DNA of 64,000 nucleotides from Pedosphaera sp. (GTDB taxonomy: Bacteria > Verrucomicrobiota > Verrucomicrobiia > Limisphaerales > SIBH01): the NCBI GenBank assembly GCA_031414955.1, contig JANOQV010000067.1, positions 1 through 64,000 on the forward strand, in the 5' to 3' direction. Position 1 is the first letter of the stretch. Each line of letters opens with the position of its first letter. The position numbers were made by a program, and so were the translations under genes. The notes below the pieces were generated by a model, which worked only from the letters and a program-made list of their open reading frames with translations, was not told the origin of the DNA and ran no database searches. Below are positions 45,735 to 54,934 of this stretch, in pieces.

Positions 45735-48700
45735 ATGATCAACCGCCTCATCGAATGGTCGCTGCGCAACCGCTTCCTCGTGGTGGTGGCCGCGTTGTTC
45801 CTCATCGGTTGGGGCATCCGCTCTGTATATCGCACGCCGGTGGATGCCATCCCCGACCTGAGCGAGAACCAGGTGATCGTGTTTGCCGACTGGATGGGGC
45901 GCAGTCCGCAGGAGGTCGAGGATCAGGTCACGTATCCGCTCTCGGTGAACTTGCAGGGACTGGCGGGCGTGAACACGGTGCGAGCGAACTCGATGTTCGG
46001 CTTCTCGCTCATCACGATCATCTTCGAGGACAAGATTGACAACTACTTCGCCCGGTCACGCGTGCTGGAACGGCTGAATTATCTCGGCAACGTGCTGCCA
46101 GCCGGAGTGACGCCGCAGCTCGGGCCGGACGCGACGGGCTTGGGGTGGGTTTATCAGTACTATCTCGACGTCGATCCAAAGACGGTCGCACCGGCCCAGA
46201 CGGTGCGAATCGCCGGGCCTGCTTCTCCCTCTCCCCTCAACGGGGAGAGGGCTGGGGTGAGGGGTGGGAAGGACGAGACGCGCCCGCAAGGTCAAGCCGC
46301 TACGACCGAACCACCCCTCACCCTTACCCTCTCCCCGTGGAGGGGAGAGGGGACCGGAGCTGTCGCGGTGGCTCAGAGTCCGGGTGAGTCGCGAATCGGC
46401 TACGACCTCGGCCAGTTGCGCGCGGTGCAGGACTGGTTCATTCGCTACCAACTCAACTCTGTGCCGGGCGTGGCGGAAGTGGCGAGCATCGGCGGCTTTG
46501 TCCGGCAGTATCAGATCGAAGTTTCCTCGGTGAAGATGCGCGTGGCGAACGTGTCATTGCAGGAAGTGATGCGCGCGGTCAGCGAAAACAACCTGAACGT
46601 CGGGGGCAAGGTCATCGAGGAGAACGGCATGGAGTTCGTGGTGCGCGGCCTGGGGCTGATCAACAAGGTCAGTGATCTGGAGAACATCGTCCTGACCGAG
46701 ACGAACGGGACGCCCGTTTATCTGCGCGATGTGGCCGAGATCCAGATTGGCGGGGACTTCCGGCGCGGCACGCTCGACGTGAACGGGCGCGAAGTGGTCG
46801 GCGGCATCGTCGTGATGCGCACGGGCGAGAATGCGCGCGATGTCATCGCCCGGGTGAAGGAGAAGGTGGCGCAGATTTCCCCCAGCCTGCCGCCCGGCGT
46901 GACCATCAAGTCCTTCTACGACCGCAGCGACTTAATCGAGCGAACTCTCGCCACGCTGCGGCACTCGCTTTGGGAGGAAATCATTCTCGTGACGCTGGCG
47001 CACATCCTCTTCCTTTGGCACTTCCGCAGCATCCTGATTGTCACACTGCCGCTGCCGATTTCGATTCTGGTGTCCTTTGTCCTGATGAAGCAGTTCGGCA
47101 TCACCTCGAACATCATGTCGCTCTCTGGCATCGCCATCGCCATCGGCGTGCTGGTGGATGCGGCGATTGTGATGACGGAAAATGTGATCCGGAGGTGTGA
47201 GCAGGCGGAGGAGGAAAAGGGGAAAGGAATCAGCAAGGCGGTAATCGGTGAAGCACAGGCAGACGCGAAGTCGCGAAGCCCGGAGGGCTTCAATTTGAAT
47301 AGCCCCGGGTGCAACCCGGGGAATAGTGCGCGCCTCACTCCCGCCGAAACCTGGCAAGTCGTCCTGGATGCTTCAAAGCAAGTCGGGCGGCCCATCTTCT
47401 TCGCCATGGTGATCATCATCCTGGCGTTCATCCCGGTGTTCGCGCTGGAGGGGCAGTCGGGGAAACTGTTTCACCCGCTGGCTTTCACGAAGACGTTTGC
47501 GATGGCGGGCGCGACCTTGCTGGCGGTGACGCTGGTGCCGGTGCTTTGCACGCTGATGGTGCGCGGGCCGTTTCACTCCGAGGATCGCAACTGGATCATG
47601 CGTGTGCTGCTGCGCATCTACGACCCGGTGCTGGACTGGGCGCTCGGGCATCGCAAAACTGTTTTGTCCGGTGCGGTCATGTTGCTGGTGAGCGCGTTGG
47701 TCATCGCGATTGGATTGCCACGTCCATGGCTGCAACAACTTGACACCTTCAACATTCAACCCGCCACTCGCCTCCTCTCCGGCATCGGCTCCGAGTTTAT
47801 GCCGCCGCTCAACGAAGGTTCCATGCTCTTCATGCCGGTGTTGCTGCCCAGCACTTCGCTCACCGAGGTGAAGCGCATCATGGCCTGGCAAGACACGGTG
47901 ATCTCCCAGACGCCCGAGGTCGCTTCCGTTGGCGGCAAACTTGGGCGCAGCGAAACGGCCACCGACCCCGCGCCCGTCGAGATGATCGAGACGACGATCA
48001 TGTTGAAGCCCGAGTTCCTGGTCACGAACCGCGCGCTGCTCGGCTTCATCAAGATTCCGCGCACCATCCGGAATCCCGAGTGGCGTCCGGACATGACGAT
48101 GGACAAGTTGCGGGCCGAACTTTCCGAGAAGCTCACGCAGGTGCCGGGCTACGTGCCGGGCTTTCTCCAGCCGATTGAGAACCGGCTCCTGATGTTGAGC
48201 ACGGGCATTCGCGCGCAGGTGGGCGTGAAGATTCTGGGCGACAATCTCGACGAGCTTCAGGCTAAGGCCTTCGAGGTCGAGCGCGTGGTGCGCGCGGTCG
48301 AAGGAGCCACCGGCGTCGCGTCCTCGCGCATGCAAGGCAAACCTTACGTCGAGATCGAAGTGGACCGCGTGGCCATGTCACGGTTCGGCCTGCGCGCGCA
48401 GGAGGTGCTGGACGTGGTCGAGGCCGGGCTGGGTGGAAAGAATGTCACCACGACCATCGAGGGCCGTCAGCGTTTCCCCATTCAGGTCCGGCTCCAGCGC
48501 GGCGAGCGCGATGACATTGAGCGCCTCGCCGAAGTGCTGGTGGCCACGCCCTCGGGCAAGTTTGTTCCTCTCGGTCAGGTGGCGAGAATTCGCCGGACGT
48601 CTGGCGCGAGTGAGATTGCCAGCGAGAACGGACGGCTGCGCGTCTTCGTGCAGGCCAACGTGCAGGGGCGCGATCTCGGTGGGTTCATGAAGGAGCTTCA

Positions 48701-49355
48701 GCAGCGCCTGCGCGCCGAAGTGAAGCTGGAGCGCGGCATGATCATTGAATACTCCGGCCAGTACGAAAGCCAGTTGCGCGCGCAGCGCACGCTCAGCGTG
48801 ATCGTCCCGACCGTCATGGTCATCATCTTCCTGCTGCTCTTCATGGTTTATCACTCGGCCAAGGAAGCGGCGCACGTCATTCTGGCCGTGCCGTTCGCGC
48901 TCACTGGCGGCGTCTTCCTGCAGTACCTCCTCGGCTACAACTTCAGCGTGGCGGTGTGGGTCGGCTACATCGCGCTGTTTGGCACGGCCATTCAGACGGG
49001 CGTCGTGATGGTCGTGTATCTCGAGGAGATGCTGAAGAAGAAGCAGGCCGAGCGCGCAGCGGAAGGAAAAGCCTTCACGCGCGAGGACTTGATTCAAGCG
49101 ATCAAGGACGGTGCGCGCCTGCGCCTGCGGCCCAAGGTCATGACCGTCGCCACCATCGTGGCCAGCCTCCTGCCCATCATGTGGAGCGACCGCACCGGGG
49201 CGGAGGTGATGAAGCCGCTGGCCACGCCGGTGATGGGCGGGATGGTGAGCAGCTTGATTCACATCCTGATTGTGACCCCGGTGATTTTTGCGTGGCTGAG
49301 GGAGCGGGAAATGAAAAACGCCCAGCGCTCGCATGGTCAGGGCGTAGTTCGTTGA
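45735..49355 (+). CDS. cusA: CusA/SilA-family heavy-metal RND permease with two in-frame palindrome inserts
   Basis: DAIPDLSENQVIV, GPDATGLGWVYQY, GSEFMPPLNEG, TDPAPVEMIET, RLRPKVMT. Confidence 0.92.
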   Translation: MINRLIEWSLRNRFLVVVAALFLIGWGIRSVYRTPVDAIPDLSENQVIVFADWMGRSPQEVEDQVTYPLSVNLQGLAGVNTVRANSMFGFSLITIIFEDKIDNYFARSRVLERLNYLGNVLPAGVTPQLGPDATGLGWVYQYYLDVDPKTVAPAQTVRIAGPASPSPLNGERAGVRGGKDETRPQGQAATTEPPLTLTLSPWRGEGTGAVAVAQSPGESRIGYDLGQLRAVQDWFIRYQLNSVPGVAEVASIGGFVRQYQIEVSSVKMRVANVSLQEVMRAVSENNLNVGGKVIEENGMEFVVRGLGLINKVSDLENIVLTETNGTPVYLRDVAEIQIGGDFRRGTLDVNGREVVGGIVVMRTGENARDVIARVKEKVAQISPSLPPGVTIKSFYDRSDLIERTLATLRHSLWEEIILVTLAHILFLWHFRSILIVTLPLPISILVSFVLMKQFGITSNIMSLSGIAIAIGVLVDAAIVMTENVIRRCEQAEEEKGKGISKAVIGEAQADAKSRSPEGFNLNSPGCNPGNSARLTPAETWQVVLDASKQVGRPIFFAMVIIILAFIPVFALEGQSGKLFHPLAFTKTFAMAGATLLAVTLVPVLCTLMVRGPFHSEDRNWIMRVLLRIYDPVLDWALGHRKTVLSGAVMLLVSALVIAIGLPRPWLQQLDTFNIQPATRLLSGIGSEFMPPLNEGSMLFMPVLLPSTSLTEVKRIMAWQDTVISQTPEVASVGGKLGRSETATDPAPVEMIETTIMLKPEFLVTNRALLGFIKIPRTIRNPEWRPDMTMDKLRAELSEKLTQVPGYVPGFLQPIENRLLMLSTGIRAQVGVKILGDNLDELQAKAFEVERVVRAVEGATGVASSRMQGKPYVEIEVDRVAMSRFGLRAQEVLDVVEAGLGGKNVTTTIEGRQRFPIQVRLQRGERDDIERLAEVLVATPSGKFVPLGQVARIRRTSGASEIASENGRLRVFVQANVQGRDLGGFMKELQQRLRAEVKLERGMIIEYSGQYESQLRAQRTLSVIVPTVMVIIFLLLFMVYHSAKEAAHVILAVPFALTGGVFLQYLLGYNFSVAVWVGYIALFGTAIQTGVVMVVYLEEMLKKKQAERAAEGKAFTREDLIQAIKDGARLRLRPKVMTVATIVASLLPIMWSDRTGAEVMKPLATPVMGGMVSSLIHILIVTPVIFAWLREREMKNAQRSHGQGVVR
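46226..46353. repeat. ccctctccc palindromic doublet translated in frame in cusA
   Basis: tccctctcccctcaacggggagagggctggggtgaggggtgg inverted against ccacccctcacccttaccctctccccgtggaggggagagggga. Confidence 0.85.
47275..47321. repeat. Half aatagcccc-family element translated in frame in cusA
   Basis: gaagcccggagggcttcaatttgaatagccccgggtgcaacccgggg resembles the left arm at 16307-16353. Confidence 0.75.
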
Positions 49356-49497
49356 TGAAGTTTGGCGCTGCGATCCCGGCAGCCGAACACGCTCCGGCGG
49401 CACCTCTCAATTTTCCAGCGGTCGTGGTCGGATGCGCCTACTCCGCTCTGTCCGGCAGGTTCTTCATTGCCCGCGGCGGGCAACTGCGGTTTGATCC

Positions 49498-50070
49498 GTG
49501 GCCGTGACTGAATCCGAAGCTTTACAAATTTTCCGCGACAGCGGTGCGCTGCTGGAAGGGCATTTCATCCTCCGCAGCGGTTTGCGCAGCCGCCAGTTTT
49601 TCCAATGTGCCCTCGCCTTGCAATCGATGCCGCTCGTCGAAAAAATTGGCACCGCCTTGGCGGGGAAAGTTCGATCCCTCGGGGCGGTGACGGTGATGGC
49701 CCCGGCCATGGGCGGGCTGGTTATCGGGCAGGAGGTGGCGCGGCAATTGCGCGTGCGCTTCATCTTCGTCGAGAAGGAGGAGGGCCAGCTCGTGCTGCGG
49801 CGCGGCTTCAAGATTGCCCCCGGTGAAAAAATTCTCGTGGTGGAAGACGTGGTGACGAAAGGCGGGCGGGCCCAGGAGACCATCGACATCGTGCGCGCCC
49901 ACGGCGGCGAGGTGCTTGGCGTGGCCATGGTGGTGGATCGTTCCAACGGGGCGACCCAATTGGGCGTGCCACTGTTCAGTGTCATCCAGCTCAACGTGGA
50001 GACTTTTCATCCCGATCAGTTGCCTCCGGATCTGGCGGCCCTGCCCCCGGTGAAGCCAGGGAGCAAGTGA
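49498..50070 (+). CDS. pyrE: Orotate phosphoribosyltransferase
   Basis: GALLEGHFILRSGLRS, VVEDVVTKGG PRPP motif, VDRS. Confidence 0.92.
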   Translation: MAVTESEALQIFRDSGALLEGHFILRSGLRSRQFFQCALALQSMPLVEKIGTALAGKVRSLGAVTVMAPAMGGLVIGQEVARQLRVRFIFVEKEEGQLVLRRGFKIAPGEKILVVEDVVTKGGRAQETIDIVRAHGGEVLGVAMVVDRSNGATQLGVPLFSVIQLNVETFHPDQLPPDLAALPPVKPGSK

Positions 50071-50327
50071 GGGATCCGGCCGTTGCTCAACGGGCCAGGG
50101 AAGCAAGTCCGCCTCGCCGCATCTGACCGGCTTTCCATTTTCCTGCCCCGTGTTCCATCCCCGCAACTCCGTTCCTGGCGAGGGACTTCTGGCCGGGCCA
50201 AAACATGTCCCGGCCCTTCGGTGCGCGGATTGGGCCGGTGGGCGCCACCCTCCCGCAACCCCCTCGCTGCGTCTGACAAAGATCGGCGTTGGATCGCGCG
50301 CGGACGTCTGGCAGGCTCCGCCCCGCT

Positions 50328-51050
50328 ATGGGCGCACAATGGAAACAGGCCGGGCGCGAAATCAACGCGCAGAAAAAGGGTCAGATGGTCGTGAAGCTGG
50401 TCCGCGAAATCATGGTCGCGGCCAAGCTTGGCGGGCCGGACCCGGATCTTAATGCGCGCCTCGCCGCCGCCGTCGAAAAGGCTAAGAAGTCCAGCGTCTA
50501 TCGCGACACCATCGAGCGCGCCATCAACAAGGGTGCCGGCATTGGCGCTGATGCGGTTGTTTACGAACTCACCACCTACGAGGGATTCGCGCCGCACCAG
50601 GTGCCGGTCATCGTCGAGTGCTTGACCGATAATCGCAACCGCACCGCGCCGGAGCTGCGCCGACTGTTCCTCGCCGGATCGCTGGGGCAACCGGGCAGCG
50701 TGGCCTTCTTCTTCAACCACGTCGGCGTGATCGAGGCGACCCACCCCGAGATCAACCGCGACATCGACACGGACGCCATCGAGGCTGGCGCCCAGGAAGT
50801 CGAGCCTTTGGAGGCGGACGAAGTGCCCGAAGGTCAGAAGGGCGCGCGCTTCGTCACCGCGATGAAAGAACTGGACCATGTGACCAAGGCCTTGAAAGCC
50901 GCAGGCTGGAAAGTTACCGCTTCAGAGATGCGCTACGTGGCCAAGACTTATCCCGAGTTGAGCCCGGAAGCGCACAAGCAGGTCGCGGCCTTTCTCCAGA
51001 CCCTGGACGACCATGACGACGTGCATCACGTCTATGCGGCGATGAAATGA
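50328..51050 (+). CDS. yebC: YebC/PmpR-family protein
   Basis: GGPDPDLNARL, IERAI, YEGFAPHQV, LTDNRNRT, DDHDDVHHVY. Confidence 0.9.
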   Translation: MGAQWKQAGREINAQKKGQMVVKLVREIMVAAKLGGPDPDLNARLAAAVEKAKKSSVYRDTIERAINKGAGIGADAVVYELTTYEGFAPHQVPVIVECLTDNRNRTAPELRRLFLAGSLGQPGSVAFFFNHVGVIEATHPEINRDIDTDAIEAGAQEVEPLEADEVPEGQKGARFVTAMKELDHVTKALKAAGWKVTASEMRYVAKTYPELSPEAHKQVAAFLQTLDDHDDVHHVYAAMK

Positions 51051-51191
51051 GCCGAGTGCGGACCTCCGGTCTGCATGTTCGTCCGGCGAGGCACCTGCGG
51101 AACGCCGGGTTTGACCCGGGCCGGGAAGTGTTTGGCCCTCCCCTGTGTCTTGCTCATTGCCTCGCGCCAGTTCGACCGATTTAATCCCCTC

Positions 51192-52076
51192 GTGCCGTTC
51201 CGCAAAATAGCCCTCGTGGGAGTCGGCTTGCTCGGTGGATCGCTGGCCCTGGCGATTCGCGAACGCAAGCTGGCCCCGGTCGTGCGCGGTTATGTTCGAC
51301 GGGCAACTTCCATCCTTGAATGCGAGCAGGCCGGCCTGCGGGACTTCGCCACCCTTGATCTCGCCGAGGCCGTGCGTGACGCCGATCTGGTGGTCCTCTG
51401 CACTCCGCTGGCGCAGATGGGCGAACTTGCGGCGCGCATGGTGCCGGCCCTGAAGCCCGGTGCCATCGTCACCGATGTTGGCAGCGTCAAGGGCAGCGTG
51501 GTCGCGGAACTGGAACCAATCCTCGCTCCGACCGGTGCCCATTTTATCGGCGCGCATCCCATGGCGGGGGGCGAGAAAATGGGCGTGCTCGCGGCGCGCT
51601 CTGACTTGTTCGACCACGCCGTCTGTATTCTTACGCCCACGCCGCACACCCACGCGGCGGCTCTCCAACAATCCGAGGTCTTCTGGCGCGCGCTTGGCAC
51701 CCGGCTGCTGACCCTGGCTCCGCAACGGCACGATGAGTTGGTGGCGCGGTGCAGCCACCTGCCGCACGCCTTGGCGGCGGGCTTGGCCAACTATGTCCTC
51801 GATTCGGCGCATCCGGCGGAGCAACCGCAGCTCTGTGCCGCCGGTTTTCGTGACACCACGCGCATCGCCTCCGGTTCCCCGGAGATGTGGCGCGACATCG
51901 CGGTGGCCAATCGCGAGCAGCTAGCCCGCGCGCTGGGAGTGTTCATCGGGGATTTGCAGAAGCTCCAGGGTGCCATCGCTGCGGGTGACGCCGAGGCCGT
52001 CGAGAAGTTTTTCACCACGGCCAAGCTGCGCCGTGACGAGTGGTCGGCGCAAGCGGCTTCGCCCTCGCCGGAATGA
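51192..52076 (+). CDS. tyrA: Prephenate/arogenate dehydrogenase
   Basis: GVGLLGGS, TDVGSVK, HPMAGGEK, SHLPH, GFRDTTRIA. Confidence 0.9.
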   Translation: MPFRKIALVGVGLLGGSLALAIRERKLAPVVRGYVRRATSILECEQAGLRDFATLDLAEAVRDADLVVLCTPLAQMGELAARMVPALKPGAIVTDVGSVKGSVVAELEPILAPTGAHFIGAHPMAGGEKMGVLAARSDLFDHAVCILTPTPHTHAAALQQSEVFWRALGTRLLTLAPQRHDELVARCSHLPHALAAGLANYVLDSAHPAEQPQLCAAGFRDTTRIASGSPEMWRDIAVANREQLARALGVFIGDLQKLQGAIAAGDAEAVEKFFTTAKLRRDEWSAQAASPSPE

Positions 52077-52210
52077 AGATCCAAGATCCAAGATCCAAGA
52101 TCCAGGGAAGCACCAAACCCCAAGCTCCAAAGAGCGTCCGGCGCGGGTTCGTTTGGAGCTTGCTGCTTGAAGTTTCTCTGGAGCTTGGAGCCTGGAGCTT
52201 GGAGCTTTCC
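52076..52210. repeat. Inverted heptamer element carrying mini-ORF 52073-52213
   Basis: ccaagat x3 on the left and ttggagc/ctggagc x4 on the right. Confidence 0.85.
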
Positions 52211-52216
52211 TGAAAA

Positions 52217-53692
52217 ATGCTTCGTGACCTCATTGAAATCGTCCCGCTCTCCGCTCCGGTTCACGCCGAGATCACCGTGCCCGGCTCCAAGAGCATCACT
52301 AATCGCGCGCTCATCCTGGCCGCGCTGGCCGATGGCGAGGTGCGGCTCGAGGGCGCGCTTTGGAGCGAGGACACGCAGGTGATGGTCGATGGCCTGCAAC
52401 GCCTCGGCTTCGAGGTGAAAGTGGAGCCGGACCCGAATGAGTTCTGCAACCGCACCATCACCGTGCGCGGGCGCGGCGGAGAAATTCCCAAGTCAGGCAC
52501 GGCGGAAAAGCCCCTGGAGTTGTTCGTGGGCAATGCCGGCACGGCGGCGCGTTTTCTCTCCGCGATGGTCTGCCTCGGCCGCGGCGTGTATCGCCTGAGC
52601 GGTGTGCCGCGCATGCACGAGCGCCCGCAGGCGGCGCTGTTCCGCGCGTTGCGCGAACTGGGTTATCGGGTGGACTCGGCGAATGACAAATTGCCGGTGG
52701 TGATTCAAGGCACGGGGCCGCGCGCCGGGAAATGCCGCGTGAGCATCGAAGCCAGCTCGCAATTCGCCAGCGCGCTCCTGCTCTGCGCCGCCCGCGGCGG
52801 CTGGCAAATCGAAGTCATGGGCGAGAACGCCGACGAGTCGCCCTACGTCGCAATGACGTCGGAGATGGTGAGGGTGTTCCCGAAGAAAGGCGGACATTTT
52901 CAAATCGAGCCGGATGCGTCGAGCGGGAGTTATTTTTGGGCGGCCGGATTAGTTGCAACATTGTTCCCCAATGCTTCGCACGAGAACACGGGCCCCTTCA
53001 TTACAAGGTGGCATCCGACCTCATCAGTTCCTCTCCCGGTTCTTGTTCGCAGTTGGCCATCGTCGCAATGGCAAATCGATGCGGCCTTCTTCGTGTTTCT
53101 GGGGTTACTCACGGCTCACGATCCCATGACCGAAGAGGAACGCGCTGACATGGAAAGGAATTACGCCGAACAACATGGCCTAAAGTGGCGTGAGCGGGCG
53201 CAACGGGATTACGAAGAATGGGAGGCCAGGCATTACGCCGAGAATGGCGTGCCAGAGATTTCACGAGTTGATGATCTAGGCGATAGCATTATGACAGCGA
53301 TCGTGACAGCGTCGCTAGGTGCCTGCCGTTTGCGCTTCACCGACCTCGGCCGCCTCCGCGTTCAAGAGTGCGAGCGCGTCATCGCCTTGCGCACCGAACT
53401 GAGCAAGTGCGGCGCAAAGGTCATCGAGACCGGGGATGCCTTGGAAGTTTTCCCCTCGCAACTTCACGGCGCGGAGATCGAAACCTACGACGACCATCGC
53501 ATGGCCATGTGTTTCGCGGTGCTGGGCTTGAAGGTGCCGGGCCTCAAGCTGCGCCACCCGGCCTGCGTGAAGAAGACGTTCCCGAACTTCTTCCAGAAGC
53601 TCGCCGCCGCCCCGCCGCACGGCCTCGGGGTCACGATTCTTGACGGCCACACCGGCCGCAAGCTGTCGCACGACGAGCTGTTCGCGGATTGA
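52217..53692 (+). CDS. aroA: EPSP synthase with atypical internal segment
   Basis: PGSKSITNRAL, GNAGTAARF, SSQFASALL, YDDHRMAM, CVKKTFP. Confidence 0.92.
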   Translation: MLRDLIEIVPLSAPVHAEITVPGSKSITNRALILAALADGEVRLEGALWSEDTQVMVDGLQRLGFEVKVEPDPNEFCNRTITVRGRGGEIPKSGTAEKPLELFVGNAGTAARFLSAMVCLGRGVYRLSGVPRMHERPQAALFRALRELGYRVDSANDKLPVVIQGTGPRAGKCRVSIEASSQFASALLLCAARGGWQIEVMGENADESPYVAMTSEMVRVFPKKGGHFQIEPDASSGSYFWAAGLVATLFPNASHENTGPFITRWHPTSSVPLPVLVRSWPSSQWQIDAAFFVFLGLLTAHDPMTEEERADMERNYAEQHGLKWRERAQRDYEEWEARHYAENGVPEISRVDDLGDSIMTAIVTASLGACRLRFTDLGRLRVQECERVIALRTELSKCGAKVIETGDALEVFPSQLHGAEIETYDDHRMAMCFAVLGLKVPGLKLRHPACVKKTFPNFFQKLAAAPPHGLGVTILDGHTGRKLSHDELFAD

Positions 53693-53693
53693 T

Positions 53694-53805
53694 GGAGCGC
53701 GCCGCACCGACGTCGCGCCAGGCGCTCCGGTGTCGTGGATATCCCGGCCAGTCGAGACCGTTCTCCACCTCGCCAGCCCTGCGCGACGTCGGTGCGGCGC
53801 GCTCC
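53694..53805. repeat. GGAG-type REP doublet
   Basis: Perfect 25-bp inverted arms 53694-53718 / 53781-53805. Confidence 0.85.
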
Positions 53806-53985
53806 GCCGATGCCCCCCGCTTCAGAAACCCCCGCCACCAGCCGAAGCACTGGAGCGACTCGACGATGCGAACTCACCGGACCACGGACTTATTCCCGCC
53901 GATGCGGTTTTACTTCCCGCGCCTGAATTTTTGTTCGCGCCCTGCGCGGAGGCTGGCCTAAGCTTCGCGCGCTCGCAGTTGCTCC

Positions 53986-54933
53986 ATGATCAAGGTTGAA
54001 AATTTGTCCAAACGCTATGCCGGTCACCGTGCGGTGACGGGGCTGACGTTTTCCGTCGAGGCGGGCGAGATCGTCGGGCTGCTCGGACCGAACGGCGCGG
54101 GCAAGTCCACCATCATGCGCATTCTCTCCTGCTTCATGCCGGCCACCTCCGGCACGGCGCGGGTGGCGGGCTTCGACGTATTCACCGAGGCGGACGAGGT
54201 GCGCCGGCGCATCGGCTACATGCCGGAGAGCAATCCGTTGCACCGCGACATGCGGGTGCGCGATTACCTGAAGTTTCGCGCCCGGCTCAAGGGGTTGGGC
54301 CGGCAGCGTTCCCGTGATCGGGTCGATGTCGTGATGGAGCAGTGCGGCCTGGCGGACGTGGGCAAGCGCGTCATCGGCCAGCTCTCCAAAGGCTACCAGC
54401 AGCGTGTCGGCCTGGCGGACGCGCTGGTGCATGAGCCGGACCTGATCATTCTCGACGAGCCGACGGCGGGCCTGGACCCGAACCAGATCCGCTCGGTGCG
54501 GCAGTTGATCAAAGACCTGGCAGGTCAGCACACCGTGCTGCTTTCGACGCACATTCTCCCGGAGGTCGAGATGATGTGCAGCCGGGTGCTTATCCTGCAT
54601 CAAGGCCGGATGCTGGCGGATGACACGCCGCGCAACCTGGAGAAGCTGATGAGCGCCGGAGGGCAGGTTCTGGCCGAGATTGCCGCGCCGATGCATGAAT
54701 TGCAGGACTGCTGGGAGCACGCGGCCGAGATCGAGCATTTCGATCTGGTGCATGTGGAGGGCGATTACATCCGCTGTGCCCTGACCTCGCGGCCCGGACT
54801 GGATTTGCGCCCGCAGATTTTCGAGGTGGTGCGCAAGCGCGGCTGGAAGCTGCGCGAACTGACCAGCAGCCGGCATTCTCTGGAGGATATTTTCGTGCGC
54901 GTGACCCGGGCGGACCGAGAGGAGGAGCACTGA
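53986..54933 (+). CDS. ABC transporter ATP-binding protein (GldA-like)
   Basis: GPNGAGKST, LSKGYQQRVG, LDEPTAGLDPNQI. Confidence 0.9.
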   Translation: MIKVENLSKRYAGHRAVTGLTFSVEAGEIVGLLGPNGAGKSTIMRILSCFMPATSGTARVAGFDVFTEADEVRRRIGYMPESNPLHRDMRVRDYLKFRARLKGLGRQRSRDRVDVVMEQCGLADVGKRVIGQLSKGYQQRVGLADALVHEPDLIILDEPTAGLDPNQIRSVRQLIKDLAGQHTVLLSTHILPEVEMMCSRVLILHQGRMLADDTPRNLEKLMSAGGQVLAEIAAPMHELQDCWEHAAEIEHFDLVHVEGDYIRCALTSRPGLDLRPQIFEVVRKRGWKLRELTSSRHSLEDIFVRVTRADREEEH

Positions 54934-54934
54934 G

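Noticed and set aside
46180..46400. Intein or intron in cusA
   Set aside because: No Cys/Ser start with His-Asn end and no intron features; explained by a palindromic repeat
50075..50327. Possible SRP or other ncRNA (gggccagggaagcaag)
   Set aside because: Does not fit the SRP helix-8 consensus well and I could not build a convincing fold; an Rfam scan is needed
51047..51184. Relay mini-ORF between yebC and tyrA
   Set aside because: It starts with an ATGA overlap, but its TAA lies within a likely -10 box (TTTAAT) for tyrA, so it may be coincidental; not counted
52940..53325. Diversity-generating retroelement target in aroA
   Set aside because: No template repeat or reverse transcriptase in the window
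53692..53961. Relay mini-ORF between aroA and the ABC ATPase
   Set aside because: TGATG start is present but the stop is 24 nt before the next ATG, too loose to count
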